Shown piece after piece: positions 50,483 to 63,325 of a DNA stretch of 64,000 nt; within the stretch, counting starts at the first letter, position 1, and each line of letters begins with the position of its first letter. The notes below the pieces were generated by a model that worked only from the letters and a program-made list of their open reading frames with translations, was not told the DNA's origin and made no database searches. This stretch comes from Lama guanicoe (taxonomy: Eukaryota), in contig MU056000.1 in the NCBI GenBank assembly GCA_013239625.1, positions 11,049,175 to 11,113,174 on the forward strand. The letters are read 5' to 3'. The position numbers were made by a program, and so were the translations under genes.

Positions 50483-53400
50483 AAAGGATCCAGCTTTTAT
50501 ATAATTTTCTTGGCATAATTCACCAACTACTTTTTTAGAAAATATTCTTTGACTCCCATTGTCTGTAAATTAAGTAGAAATTTATTTTATTTGGTGCTCG
50601 AGGCTTTATGTCTGTTTAGACAGATTTTCCCCTCTGGCATTCTCTCAGGATGCACTTCTGTATGTATTCCAGCCTCTGGCCAAACTAGGAACCTCAGTGC
50701 TCTCCGAGTAAATTTTTTATTTTCCTAGATTTGTGTCTTTTGTCATGCTGGTTTTTTTGTTTGTTTGTTTTTTGTTTGTTTTAAATCTTGTACTGTTTTT
50801 TCCATTGATTACCCATTGAGACCTGCTCAGTTCAGGCCCAATTCAATGTTAATTTTTTAAGATAAAATTTTCTTTGATTTCTTTTAGATATATCTTTGTT
50901 TATAATGCCTAACCCCCCTTATTTTGAGGAAGTATGTCCAGTGCTTTCAACTGAATTTGGTCTTTCCTCCCTCTGATCCACTGGCATTTTATTGGTATGG
51001 AATTTTTATGTCCTACTTCGTATTTTGCTTCCAGCATTCTCTAATCCAGTAAGTCTTTGTAGTATCTGTGTATCAGAATCTGAGGTAGATATTGGGGAGG
51101 TTAAAAATAGAAGAAATTATTCTTGATTTAGGGGCCTTCAGTCCAGTGAATGGAATAGAATAAAGTACTATAAGAGCCACAGATGGCAAAACTGAAGCAT
51201 GTGATGGGAGACAGACCAGCGATAGTGAACTTTAGCTAGGGATGTTCACAAGGACTTCTTAACCGAGGTGGCCTTGAACTGGGTCTGGAGAAATGAGTAA
51301 GGGCTTGCCAGGCATGGCTATTCAGGAGGGAATGAGAGAAGGTGAGACAAGGAGGCAGGGACCAGTGGGTCAGCTGCAAGGGAAGGAGAGGATGCTCACA
51401 CCTGGAGAGGGAGGCAGGGCGCATGGCTGTGAAAACGACGTGAAGCCCAGTGGATGGCAGGAGGGCATGCCAGTGGCAAATGCTTTTTACCAAAGGCAGT
51501 CACCTGTGGACAGATTTAGAGAGACTGCTGGACAGGCATGTGGATCACTCTACTCCTTGTGAAGGGAGAGTCATTAATCTAACTCCTGGCCTGGAGTGTG
51601 TGCCTGGTTGGTAAAAAATTTGGAAGGAATAACGTCGAGATCTGAACTCCATTCCGTTTTTCCCTTGGGAGGGAGCTGCCCTCTGGGGAAGCCTTTCTGC
51701 CCGTAAGTGGACCGGCTTTGGTCTCATGCTTGCCACTTGGCTGTAGACCTAAAGCTACAGGTTCTGAACTAGAGTTCCCAGAAATAAAGAAGCCCTTTTT
51801 CTCTCTGTCTACCACTCTATTATTATTTCCTCAGTCTGTTTTGAATCTGATGGGGACAGAGGGAAGCTATTCCTTGAATGTGTAAAAGTAGGAAGAGCAG
51901 CCAAGGGAGGGCAGGTGAAAACTTGAATTATGTCGGGAGTGTAATGATTGAAGAAGTGGGTATGGGTTGCAGCAATGGAAAAAAGGTGGATGGGCTTGGT
52001 GACGGATTGACCAAAGGGGGTGAGTGAGATGGAAGATTCTAGAAAGACTTTGTCTTCTGGTCTGGGTGATTGGGTGCCACATTAGCTCACAGATCTTAAT
52101 GTTCTGATTGACCTGAGTTTCCCTGAGTTGGTTCTTGAGGCCAGGACGGTTAACTCGGTCTTTCATTTCTCCTTTTGTCATCACCACCGAGGATCTGAAA
52201 GAATTTTCAAGGACTGACATTTGAGCATTGACTCATCTAAATCGTTCAATTCCTTTATTAATCTGTTTAGCCAGCAGATACTTATTAATCTCCTTCTATC
52301 TGTCAGCACCCGGCTTGGCCTGCCCATGAGATAGAGCGGTGAACAAAACATTCACTTGTCCTCTGGGATCCAGGGTCTGGCGAGAAAGCCGGGAGAGCAT
52401 ACATACAGTAGGGGGTTACTGGTTAAGCAGCTTTGGAACCAAACGGCCTGAGTTAGAATCTGGGTTCTACTACTTGCAAGATGGGTGACCTCATTAGAAC
52501 TTCATTTTTAAGGGAGCTAAGTTGGTGTCTACCTCACGTGCTATTTCACACTATTTCGAAATTCTCCTAATTTGGCCCAGTAAACTGGTGGATTGGCTTT
52601 GAGGAAATTCTGCCAGAGCTTCAAAAATTGGAAAAAAAAATTGCTTTTGGAATTCATTTTTTAAAACAGGAAATTCCTGTCCATGGCTAGAAGAAGTTGT
52701 CATACGAGCAGCATTAAGTTCTGCTCTGTTTATCCCTCTTTTGGACAATCCCTTTAGCTCTGTACTTGATGGAGGGAAATTAGAAGGTGGTTTATATTTT
52801 TGTCAAGTTTCCATTTTTGAGTTCTAATTGCACGAAGGATTGGAAAAAGGGTTGAGCTTTTTCTTTTTTTTTTTAAATAATGGCAAATCTGGACTTTCCT
52901 CTGAAGTAGAGAAATCTGGTGTTTGTGTGATTTGAAGACAGACCTGGTATTAATAGGGAGTAACATTCTGATTTGTAGTTTTCTGGGCCATTTCCTAGAG
53001 TAACTGACTTTTTAATGATTCTAAAATTGGTGGGGCAAATCCCATCTTTTGAAGAATTCTCACTTCAATGTAAAATACCATTCATACACACAAATCGTGT
53101 GTGTGTGTGTGTGTGGTGTGAATGTATACATGTACTTTATTGTTACTATTTTAAAAGTCATAATATCAAGTTCTATGCTGTGTGTCAGGTTCTGGCATGT
53201 TTATTTGCTAGGATTTAGTTTGTCTGCCAATGTCCAGTATGACAGAGATTGACAAACGTAGCTGAATTAGACAGAGGGTGGTACAAAAGTAGTGATCAGG
53301 TTTCCTGAAGGGTAATATCTGCTTTATTTAAAATGTCTGATATTTAACCAAGAACAAAAATACCTCAGTTTTGTCCCATAAGCTTTTTTTTCTTTTCTTT

Positions 53401-53928
53401 TCTTTTTTTTTCTGTAAATGGAGAGAAAAGCAGTATCCTTCTTTAAGGAACTGGAGAAATATAATTTAAATTAGAGATCATTTTGTTTCTTTAATGATAT
53501 GGTATCTGCCCTGCAGGGGGATGTGATGTGCTCTTTCTCATGTCAGAGAACCCCACGTGTTAAAGCCGGATCAGACTCTAGAGATGGCTTAGTCCAGTGC
53601 ACTCCTTTGGGGATTAAAAGCAGCTCAGGTATGGAAAAAGGTACCACTTGAAAAAGACTTGTGCAAAGTTGCCTGTGAGGTACAAAGGGAGTGTGATGAC
53701 TAAGAGCACAGACCTGGATGCCAGACTTCCTAAGTTTCACACTGGCTCTGCCAGTTACTAGTCATGGGATGTTGTGCAAGCTGCTTAATGTCACTGTGCC
53801 TCAATTTCTGCATCTGGCAAATGGAGTCAATAGCCGTCCTTCCCTCCACGTTGTCAGGGAGTGGATTAAGTTAGTAGAGAGAAAGTTATAGTGCCTAGCA
53901 CATACATAATAACCAATGCTACTTTTTG

Positions 53929-54092
53929 TTTTTGGATTTTTGGTTTGACTGTTTTTTTGCTTGTTTGTTTTTTTTGGGGGGCAGTAATAAAGTTTATTTA
54001 TTTTTAAGGAGGTGCTGGGGATTGAACCCAGGACCTCATGCATGCTAGGCATTCATTCACTCTACCACTGAGATGGGTATACCCACCTCCCC
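53929..54092 (-). mobile_element. Camelid Vic-1-type tRNA-derived SINE, inserted next to a MIR (~53690-53910)
   Basis: Minus strand GGGGAGGTGGGTATA..CTCAGTGGTAGAGTG..CCTAGCATGCATGAGGTCCTGGGTTCAATCCCCAGCACCTCC..AAATAAATAAAC..CCCCCC plus an A-rich tail. 14-bp TSD AATGCTAC(T/A)TTTTG at 53915-53928 and 54094-54107. Confidence 0.88.
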
Positions 54093-55820
54093 AAATGCTA
54101 CATTTTGATTTACTATAACCTGCATTTCATCAAGTCTGAGATGCATTGGGACTGCTGCCTTCTTGAACTTGGGATGTATGACTAGAAGTTTTCACAAAAT
54201 ACAATGTGCCGCAGTGATTTTAAGGTAATATTGGTTGTAAGGTGAAGGTGTTAAATGGGCAGTTGGGGTGGCAGTGGAGCTTAGAGTAGGTTAAATAGGA
54301 TGCTCTTATGATTGTTATTACCGTGATTATTATTTAACTGATTTAAGGCAGAGTTGGAATCAGACACTGTGTCCTAGTCCAGCCCTTAGTCTATTATTCT
54401 ACATTGTATGTCTGGGCAACATTTATAAACTACAGTTTTAAACACTTTCACTTTGGGAAATAAAAATTGTAGCTGTTTATTCTGAGCACACAGAGTTCTC
54501 TCCTCTTTGGATAATATCATTTAATTTAAAACTGTTGCAGCACTTAAGTTTTGCAGTTTCAAGTCCTAAGGACAGGATGAGTGCGATGCCCCTTTCTTAC
54601 TGGAAAAAGGAAGAAAAAGAGAAACACCCAACTTTGCGTGTAAGAGGGAGCCTCCTTCTCTCTGCAGGTGCTTGCAGGCTAAGGGGTGATGGGCTGGTGT
54701 ATTCCCCTCTATTTGTTACTGCTTTGTATCCGAATATGTTAAATCTTGAAACAATGATAACTTGCTTTGTGCTGAGGGAAGATTTGGATTCACCTTTTAG
54801 TGGCGATTAGAAAATACTGTTTTCATTGCTGTTTAAGTTTGTCCAACAATGGAGACAGGAGCATACAATTCCGATTACTAATAAACTCACCCTGGGGCAA
54901 AAACCAAGTACAACCTGTCTATGTAAATCCCTCACCTGAGTGCTTGAATGAGGGCTGTTGCCAGTACCCTCAGGACTTCGGACGAGTCACTTCTGTTTGG
55001 TTTGCCTCTTCATGGCCATTGTATTATTTGTCCTGCTCTAGGCGGCTTATTTTCCCTCCACCTCTCTCCCCCTCCCCATCTTCTTTTCCCCCCCTCACTT
55101 GCCCTCATCCCCTCTGCCGGCCCCCTCTGGTCCCTGTACCCTCCCTTCATTTCTGTCTCTCTCCAAAGTTTACATTTGACTGTTGTCTCTGGGCAATCTG
55201 CCCAGTTTGGTTTATTTGTTTCTCATAATTGTATTCAGAGCCTCAGCTACATGTTTCAGATGGCTGTTTCCCGTGGCATCTGTCTCCTTTCTAACACAGT
55301 CTTTTCTCGGAGTTTTGCAGTATTTTACAAATATAAATGCAAACGTGACCTCTCCATGTGGAGTTTTACAAAACAAGTACCCCAGTCGATCAGAAGATGT
55401 TCCAGAAATCTTGAAATTAAGTTTTACTGTCCCAGGTCTCGGTGCAGTGGAACAAAGATGGTAACTTCTTGGTTGGCCTGATTGTTGCTAACTGCTTTGT
55501 ATTTGTCTCTCCAACAAAAATAATCTGCTGAGTTTAGTTTTATGGAAGAGAAATGTATTGATGATAGTGTGAAAGAATCCCAAGTGTCCTTCATGTTGAA
55601 ATATAAGCTGGTGTCAAGTTTAAAATGACAACCCTAAACACTTCATCCTGCAGTCTCAGCCCAACATCTATTTCGGCTTTGAGAAAATTGTGGTTTGCGG
55701 CCTTCCTATTGCTCTGTTACAGTCTAGCAAAAAGCTCTGGGCTGTAAAATATTGGTATTTCTATCATGATAATGAGTCTTCCTAATTGTTGTACATTCAC
55801 AGTTTTACGTGTTCTAGATA

Positions 55821-56009
55821 CTGCATTGCCCAATAAAGTAGTAACTGGCAACTAGTTTTTAATTAACTATAGTGAAATACAACTAGAAATTTGATTCTGT
55901 AGGCACACTGGCTGCATTTCAAGGTCTGAATCTCCCCACGTGGCTACCACGTTGCGCAGTGGAGATAACGAACAGTTCCACCACGAGCAAGTCCTATTGG
56001 GCAGTGTTG
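55821..56009 (-). mobile_element. MER3-like hAT-Charlie MITE
   Basis: Inverted termini CTGCATTGCCCAATA..TATTGGGCAGTGTTG; internal GCATTTCAAG..CACGTGGCTACCAC. Confidence 0.7.
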
Positions 56010-56976
56010 TCACAGAGGATGGGAGTTAGGGTAAATGGTACCAACAGGTTGATTTCACTGAATTTGTTGGGCTAAAACTAAGCTGCTTTAACAAGGGACT
56101 ATAAAAATACAGTAAATGAAAGAATTTAAAGAAATTTATATAATATCCAGATGGGACATGCATGGTAAATCATACTGGGATACGGTTCCATCCATCTTTT
56201 GACCCATCAGTCTCATGGCATTATGTGCACCTGTGTGTCCCAGTTTACAGGAAGAGCAAAAAGAACTCTGGTGCAAGTGGCTTTCTTATTGGTTGAAAAC
56301 AAGCCAGACATTGTAACATCACTTTGGTTCACAGCCTGTTGACCCAAACACACATCCTTTGAGCCACAGATCGACACCTTGATGCAGGTGAGGCTTGAAA
56401 ATGTGGCCTTTAGCTTAGTGTCACATGAGCAGCTTTGACTCTGATTGTGGAAGAAAGAAAGAATGGATTTGGGGCACAGTCAGCAGTTTTTACCAGAGTG
56501 AATGCTTAATGTAGAGATATGATATTTAAGGTGACGGTCCATTTGCCATCATTAACTTGGATGTTAGGAGAGATGGACATGTGGATTTAATTTAGATGGT
56601 GCTTGACTCTCAGCATTAACAATGTCATCACTTAAGCAAATATGGACGTAAAATTCCAGTAAACCAAAGCAGAGTGTTTTACACAGCTGGTTTTATTCTA
56701 AGTCACCTGAGTGTGTGGTGTGGCTCCTTCTAGATTCTTGTGGGAACCACCGAGCTGTGACTCTCTGTGTTTTCAGTGCTTGGTGGATTTGGGGATTTGG
56801 AAGAAATGGATGCTCTTGCTACTCTAAGCAGAAGTCTCCGCTAAGACAATGAAGTATCCTTTAAAGGAATGGATTTTACAGTCCGTTAGTGTGAGTAAAT
56901 GATGCTTCCTTGAGAGACAGAAGGGCTCGTTTCTATAATAAATCGGTCAACCTCTTGTAGAGAAGCCAAAGACATT

Positions 56977-57036
56977 CTTTGCAAATTAGTGGAATTATAT
57001 TTTCCTTTGCAAATTAGTGGAATTATATTTTCCTTT
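56977..57036. repeat. Perfect 28-bp tandem duplication
   Basis: CTTTGCAAATTAGTGGAATTATATTTTC twice, then CTTT. Confidence 0.97.
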
Positions 57037-58209
57037 CCTTTTAGAATCAAAACGGGAGCTGTCTTTGTGCACCTGTGGGTGTGATTTCTCTCCTACTTGC
57101 TGCTGCTGACCCTCCTCTCTCTTAACCCAAACGTGCTGGGATTATGAAGTCATTAGAGTATACTTTGGCGAGCTATCAGGTGTTACTATCAGGTAGCGTG
57201 GAACAGTAACTCACGCAATTGCATTGATTGCTGTGGGTCAGTCAACTTCCACTTTTACTTACTGTCATCTGCGTGTTGAATTTTCTCTCTTCTCAGACGG
57301 TGTGTTAGACTCTATCCGTTGATTGTAGGAGATCAAGTTACAATATAGGGAACCTTCAACTCACCTTTTTCCACTCATCTTTCTGCAGCTATTGTACTTT
57401 GTAACTTATGTTCTGTCCCATGCGGAAGGGACAGGAGAGGCCTCGGGCCAGTGGGAAGGGAAGACGTCTGGGTGGGATGTTCAGGGGACCCATGCTGACG
57501 GCTACCCCCAGCTCCAGGAACCTGTGATGTTTGCCATCTGTCCCACTAGGTTTAAAACTTGGGAATGTCAGGGATTTCTAACACTGTGTAGCTCTCCGCA
57601 GAAACTTCTCTTTGTAACATACATGTCTGTCATCTCACAGTTTGAAACCTGGCTCTGCCTCTTATGAGCTCTGTGACCATGAACCAGAGAAATAATCTCC
57701 CAGGCCTCAGTTTCCCCAGCTTTAGAATGAGAATAGCAGCACCTAGCTCAGAGGCCAACTGTGAGATTTTTAAATGAGTTAAAAATTCCTACGGTCAGTT
57801 GGAAGCTCCTGTTGAAGGCACTTTTTAACTGGTAGCTCTTCTCCGTATGTACTCAATTTAGGCACATCTTTATGTAGAAAAGTAGAAAAACTGTCTCTTG
57901 CAAAAGGAACACTGAAGAGGACACCTGTCTTCCAATTTTTTTATTTTTCATGTAGTTACTAATGAATGAGTCGGACCTCATCCATTTAAAAAAAAAATCC
58001 ACAGCAATGCTTTCCTTTTATCATGGTACTTTGAGAAGGAGACCCCAACTTCTCTGGAATGTTCCAGTCATAGTTTTCCATTTTGCATATGAGGTCATTG
58101 AAGCTGGTAAAGTGCTGTCGCCTGTGCACAGGTCCACGGGTCAGTTACTGAGTTGTACCTTAGCCCAGTTATCTTGCTTCCCAGTAGAATGCTTTTCCTT
58201 TGTGCATTG

Positions 58210-58212
<3 letters not shown>

Positions 58213-58248
<36 letters not shown>
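58213..58248. repeat. (TG)18 microsatellite
   Basis: Uninterrupted TG run. Confidence 0.98.
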
Positions 58249-58251
<3 letters not shown>

Positions 58252-60415
58252 ACATACTGCATATACATCCAGACATATATACATCTGTAGACAAAGACTC
58301 TATTGTGTGACAGAAGGCCCAGGGGACAGAAATCATCACAGGCATCGATACGGGAGTTGTCCCCGGAATGGAATAAGAAGGGACTTTTGAACAGTTTGGG
58401 TTTCGCCAATCTGGATCGCACATTAAAAATTCTAGCCTATCAGCATCTCCCTGACTCAAATCTGTTAACAATCCCCTCCCTGCAACGTATTGCACAAGGT
58501 CATTTGAAATATTAGAAGAGCGTTAGATCTTAGATGCTCCCTGCTGTTTAGGAGCCTGGATGCCTAGGTTTTGAGTTTTGTAGAGGCGAGGACACCCATA
58601 CTTACACAAACACGGTCATCAGTTCTGAGCATGAAGTCACCCACTAAAACGTAAAGTACTGCTGTGTGTGCTTGTTGGCAATGAAGTGGAGGTGATGAAA
58701 GAAGCTGGGGGGAGGAATGAGGTCATCTGCGGTGGGTAGGGCAGAGGAGGGACTCCTGCTCAGGGAGCCTGGGTTTGGGGTTACCATGGAAAGTCAGAGG
58801 GACTTTGGCTTGGCAGAGGGGATGGGCAGCTTTTCTTGCCAGTGGGAGTGCGTGATGTGATAGGGTGACATTTGGGAGTAAGCTCCTTGGAGGGGATGGC
58901 AGGCAGGGCTGGTGGGCTGGAGCAGGGATCTTGGGCACAGAATACCCGAGAAGAGTTACCCTATTTACCTGTGAGCAGATACTCTCCCGAGAATTCTGTT
59001 AGCCCATTTGCTCACGCCTTGCCTGGGGAGAAAAGCTGCATGCCTGTTTGTGGGAAAAAGAATTCCAAAGGCATCTTTTGGTTGCCCTTAAAGTTTTGGT
59101 TAACATCCAGTCCAGGGAAGAATGATCAAGAAGCCATTTAATCAGTGTAAAACAATGAGTATCTCATGTCAGAATCTCAAAACAATTAGAGCCTCTTTAT
59201 TCAAAACAGACCTGGGACGCTCCCAGGAACAGGGCGGGAGCTTGCTGCTCCACTAGAGGGAAGCCTGCTTGAGAAAGACTGCACCCACAAATAGAAGAGG
59301 AACATTCCTGCATAAAATCAGACTCTAAATGCAGTCAGTGTGAGCATGTTGTCATGGGGGATGGGAAACCTCATAATCAGATCTAGACTAAGAGAGTTAA
59401 GGGGCATGGAAATGTACCCTCCACTTAGACCATCCTGGGCCAGTTGCTTTCTGGAGCCCATGAGGCTCGTCTATGCCAAGGAAGGAGCGTAGCCTTCCTA
59501 GAAAGTACTTGAAGCTACTGTAAACTGCCTGGAGTGCTTACAATGCCTGGGCTCTCAGCATCAGCCCTGGGTTTATTTCAGAATGACTCTCCATTCTTTC
59601 AGGGTTGGGTGGAGCCGTGCTAAATCTTGCTAATTATTCACACGGCTGTAGTTCGGTTGGTTTCTTGACTTTTACACATGTTGGTTGTCCTAAACTTGGT
59701 AGATTGTCCCTAGTCTAGGTATACTTAGACTAGAAAAAAGGACAGTGTTTTGCATTCTTCATTTTCAGGCTTTTATTTTTATTTTTATATTTTTTTGCCT
59801 TTAAGCTGCCTCGAGCTTCAAGTAACTCAAAAGTGAGGTGAGATTCTTGGAAAATAAACATTCATCAGTAATGTAAAGTATAATAAAACTATTAGGTCTA
59901 TCTATACACTTTCCCACTTTAATCATTATATTCTAGTATCACAGTGTCTAAATTTAATTTATAATAGCTGGAAGAGTCAATTGAGGAAGAAAATGGAATA
60001 TCCATGATGGTTATTTTTTCTTGTTATCAGCTTGAGAAAGTATAAAATATTTATCTCTATGAGTTAATCAATACAAAAGATTACCTTCTAATATTATTAG
60101 GCCATGATGATTTTTAAATTCAGTTCCTAAGACATGAAAGCTAATATGTTATCATTGTCACCTGGTCAAATGTATATAGACAGAATTTCCCCTTTTATCT
60201 GAAAAGGAGTTTCTCTAAAATGTTCTCACAGATTTACTACAAAACATTTAGAGGATATAGCTAAGCAAAAAATATGAAATTACAATCACCGTAATCTTAC
60301 TACCCAGAGAAAATCACTGTTAACATTTAAATCCATTTCCTTCCAATTATATGGTTCATAAGCTTTATTCAGAGAAGTGTTTTTAGAAAACACTTAGAAT
60401 CTTAGAATTGCAGGG

Positions 60416-60858
60416 TGTTGACTGAAAAAAAAATGCATGACCTAAAAGTTGAGAATTAGGTTTTATTTGGTGGACTTCCGAAGGACTTGAGCCTGGAACA
60501 CAGCCTCTCAGATGACTCTGAGCGACTGCTCTCAATTGGTAAGGGAGGAGCTAGGACATATAGGAATTTTTGCAACGAAAGCCAGGTAGTTGGAACTTTA
60601 AAAGATTACTGTTAATTAAAGCAAAACAGATGTATCAAGTTCATGGAGTTAGTGCTTTTGCATGTATGGAAAGATATAAGAATCTTGGTTCATGAGATCA
60701 TTCCTTTGACATGCACCTTAACTATCTAGGGCCAGTCTCCTGCTTTTCTCCATCCTGAACACCTCAAGGTGCACAGTTGGGAGTGGCCACAGTGGCTGCT
60801 GGCTTGATGGCTGCAACAGCCTTTGTTTACTGATAGGACAGGCGACCTTTTTGATACA
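60416..60858 (-). mobile_element. Solo ERV1-type LTR (MER41-like, laurasiatherian type)
   Basis: TG..CA termini with CAGGG on both sides (60411-60415, 60859-60863); TTTTATT (antisense polyA signal); ACAGCCTCTCAGATGACTCTGAG..ACTGCTC. Confidence 0.65.
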
Positions 60859-61167
60859 CAGGGGGATCCTTAATCATCTGGTCCAACCTCTTATCCAAGA
60901 AGGAATGTCTTCCCTACTACCTTAATTGGTATATATACAATACTGTGACTCTCAAATTTCTCCTGTTTCAAGATGCGTTGCATGTCAGTGCAGATCTGTT
61001 TGAAGGGTAGAATGGTTCTCATTCTTCGGGTATTCTTCACTGAGACAAAATCTGTTTTCTTGCAAATTCCATCTGATGCTCTTCAGACATAGCGTTCTAT
61101 TGGGGTCCTTCTCTGGATAAATGTTTCCCTTTCCTTCTGTTTATTCCTGTCTCCTCCTCATGGCTTT

Positions 61168-61642
61168 TATTAAATAAAAATTTATTCATGACACTTGTTA
61201 AAGAACTGGAAGGCAGGAGGACTGTCACGGTAGGTGTAGGGAATCACTGCAGTGGGGCTTTGCAGCAGGGAGAGAAATGGGCTCAACTCCCGATACTACA
61301 AGGAGATGTGGAAATTTTCAGTCCAGGGGCAGGATGGGGAGTCAGTGGATGGAAAATTGATGAGAGGAAGCACTACTGATAGGGGTGGGGGTTTCTGGCT
61401 AGCCTCCCTCACAAGATTCTTGCTGAGGGCATACAGGATGATCAGTCATCACCTGGGGGATGGCGGGGGATGAAGAATTTGGTCAGATATGGAAGATGGG
61501 TGATTCTTGCTAACATGACGTAACAGGATTCTTGTTAAAATTTGGCAATGCAAAGAAGGACACAGGTCTGAAAGTCAAGGCTTAGTTAGGAAGAGGGTTC
61601 AAAGGAGCCTAACTAGCGTTTGGTCAAGGAGAGAATCTTTCA
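61168..61642 (-). mobile_element. MER31-like ERV1 LTR
   Basis: Reverse complement begins TGAAAGATTCTCTCCTTGACCAAACGCTAGTTAGGCTCC; repeated GATTCTTGCT motifs. Confidence 0.75.
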
Positions 61643-62064
61643 CTTTGAAGGACACATGGCAGGAGTTGGAGAGGAAAAGCCTCGGGGACCTTGAGTAGCG
61701 TATTACGATTGTCTAAGAGGGAAACAAACCTCTGTGTGGACCCCAGAATTTTGTTTTCCCTCATCTACTTAGGACATAGTTTCTTTAACTTTCATGGTCC
61801 CCAGACTATATGTCCAGGACCCTGTTTGGTGGAGTCGAGCAGGACATTTATGATCTGGCTCCTCGCCTCTCCTCACAAATTAACTCTCAAAAAAAGGATT
61901 GGAATCCCCAGGCTAAATGTTTTAACTCAGCGCCTTCAACTTTTTCAAAGGCAGGGTTTCAAAAATATTACTTTTCTCCTGTGCTTCCTGTACTCTCCTT
62001 CTTTATGCCCAGTTTCCTCTTTTTCTTATTTGCATCAGTATGTGAAGCATCCCTGTCCCAGGTG

Positions 62065-62500
62065 GTGGTGTAGTTACTATTGGTTGGCTACAGTATCCCC
62101 GTTCCTAGCTGTCATGCCAATAGAAGCCCCAGTTGGGGTGATGGTGTGCCACATAAAGTAGTTTCCCTAGACTCCATGACTGGAGTAGCTTCGTGGCTGC
62201 TGTAGCCTATGAAATGAAATCAGTATCTCTGGGAGTTCCGGGAAAGCTTAGTTGAATTTGCGATGTCTGGAGCTGTAGCAGCCCTCTTGCAGCTCTTAGG
62301 TAATATGCATGGTGATGAAATCCATTGTGCCGAGGAAGCTGGAACAGAAAGAAACTACTTTGTTCCCTGATTGCAGTAATGAGTAGTTGAATTAATGCCG
62401 GCTATTCCTGACTGCCATACTTTGTGTTACGTGAGAAAAATAAACTCTTACTAGTTTAAGCCATGTTTAGTGAGGTTTTTCCTTGTCTTCTAACTCATAC
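62065..62500 (+). mobile_element. Old MaLR (MLT1J/K-like) LTR
   Basis: GATGTCTGGAGCTGTAGCAGCC..GTTACGTGAGAAAAATAAAC..GTTTAAGCCA. Confidence 0.6.
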
Positions 62501-62811
62501 AGATGGTTTACAAAACTGTCAACCATCTTGGTTGCCCTTCTCTGTCCAGACTCCATACTGTTGATGTCCCTCCTAGAACACAGAAGTAGAGTAGGGCACT
62601 GTCCTATAACTGTTGCCTCCTATTGTCGGGTACATAATGGGACCCAATAACACATCTGTTGGGTGAATTTATTACTAAATAAACCTGTGTGTCCATTAAT
62701 GGATCCTTAGAGTGTGTTCTTTGAGTTTTTTTTCATTACTTAAACACATGATTGGGTTATATTGGAGTTTGGCTCAACTTAAGCTTACATAGTTCTCAGG
62801 TAAGCAGATTA

Positions 62812-63325
62812 TGTCAGAGGTCCCTAAGACTACCTTCAAGGCTCAATAATTCACAGGACTCAAAAATTATTATACTCATGGTTACAGTTTATCACAGTGA
62901 AAGGATACAGATTAAAATCAGCAAAGGAAAAAAGGCTCATTTGTTTAAGTCCAGGAGAAGCAGAGGGTAAGCTTCTAAGTGTCCTCTCCCAGTGGAGTCA
63001 CATGGGGTGTGCCTGATTTTTCCCGGCAGTGATGTGGGACAACACGTGCAAAGTATTAACAACCAGGGACACTGACTCTAGCCTTCGTACCAACCTGGAA
63101 TTCTCCCCTGAGGCTGAGTTTCTATTGGGGGTCAGTCATGTAGGCATACAGCTACTCAGATTTCAGCCTCTTGGAGCAAAAATAGGCACTCACCATAAAT
63201 AAATAAACTTACCTGGTCACGTTAGTCTGGAATGGCTCAAGGTCTCAGGCATACAAAAATACTCTTATCAGGCAGAATATTCTAAAAGTTCAGAGGCTAT
63301 CTCCTAGGAGCCAACCCAGGGGCAG
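62812..63325 (-). mobile_element. MER77/MER21-like LTR
   Basis: TGTCAGAGGTCCCTAAGACTACC..TACTCATGGTTACAGTTTATCACAGTGAAAGGATACAGATTAAAATCAGCAAAGG..CTCTCCCAGTGGAGTCACATGG. Confidence 0.7.
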
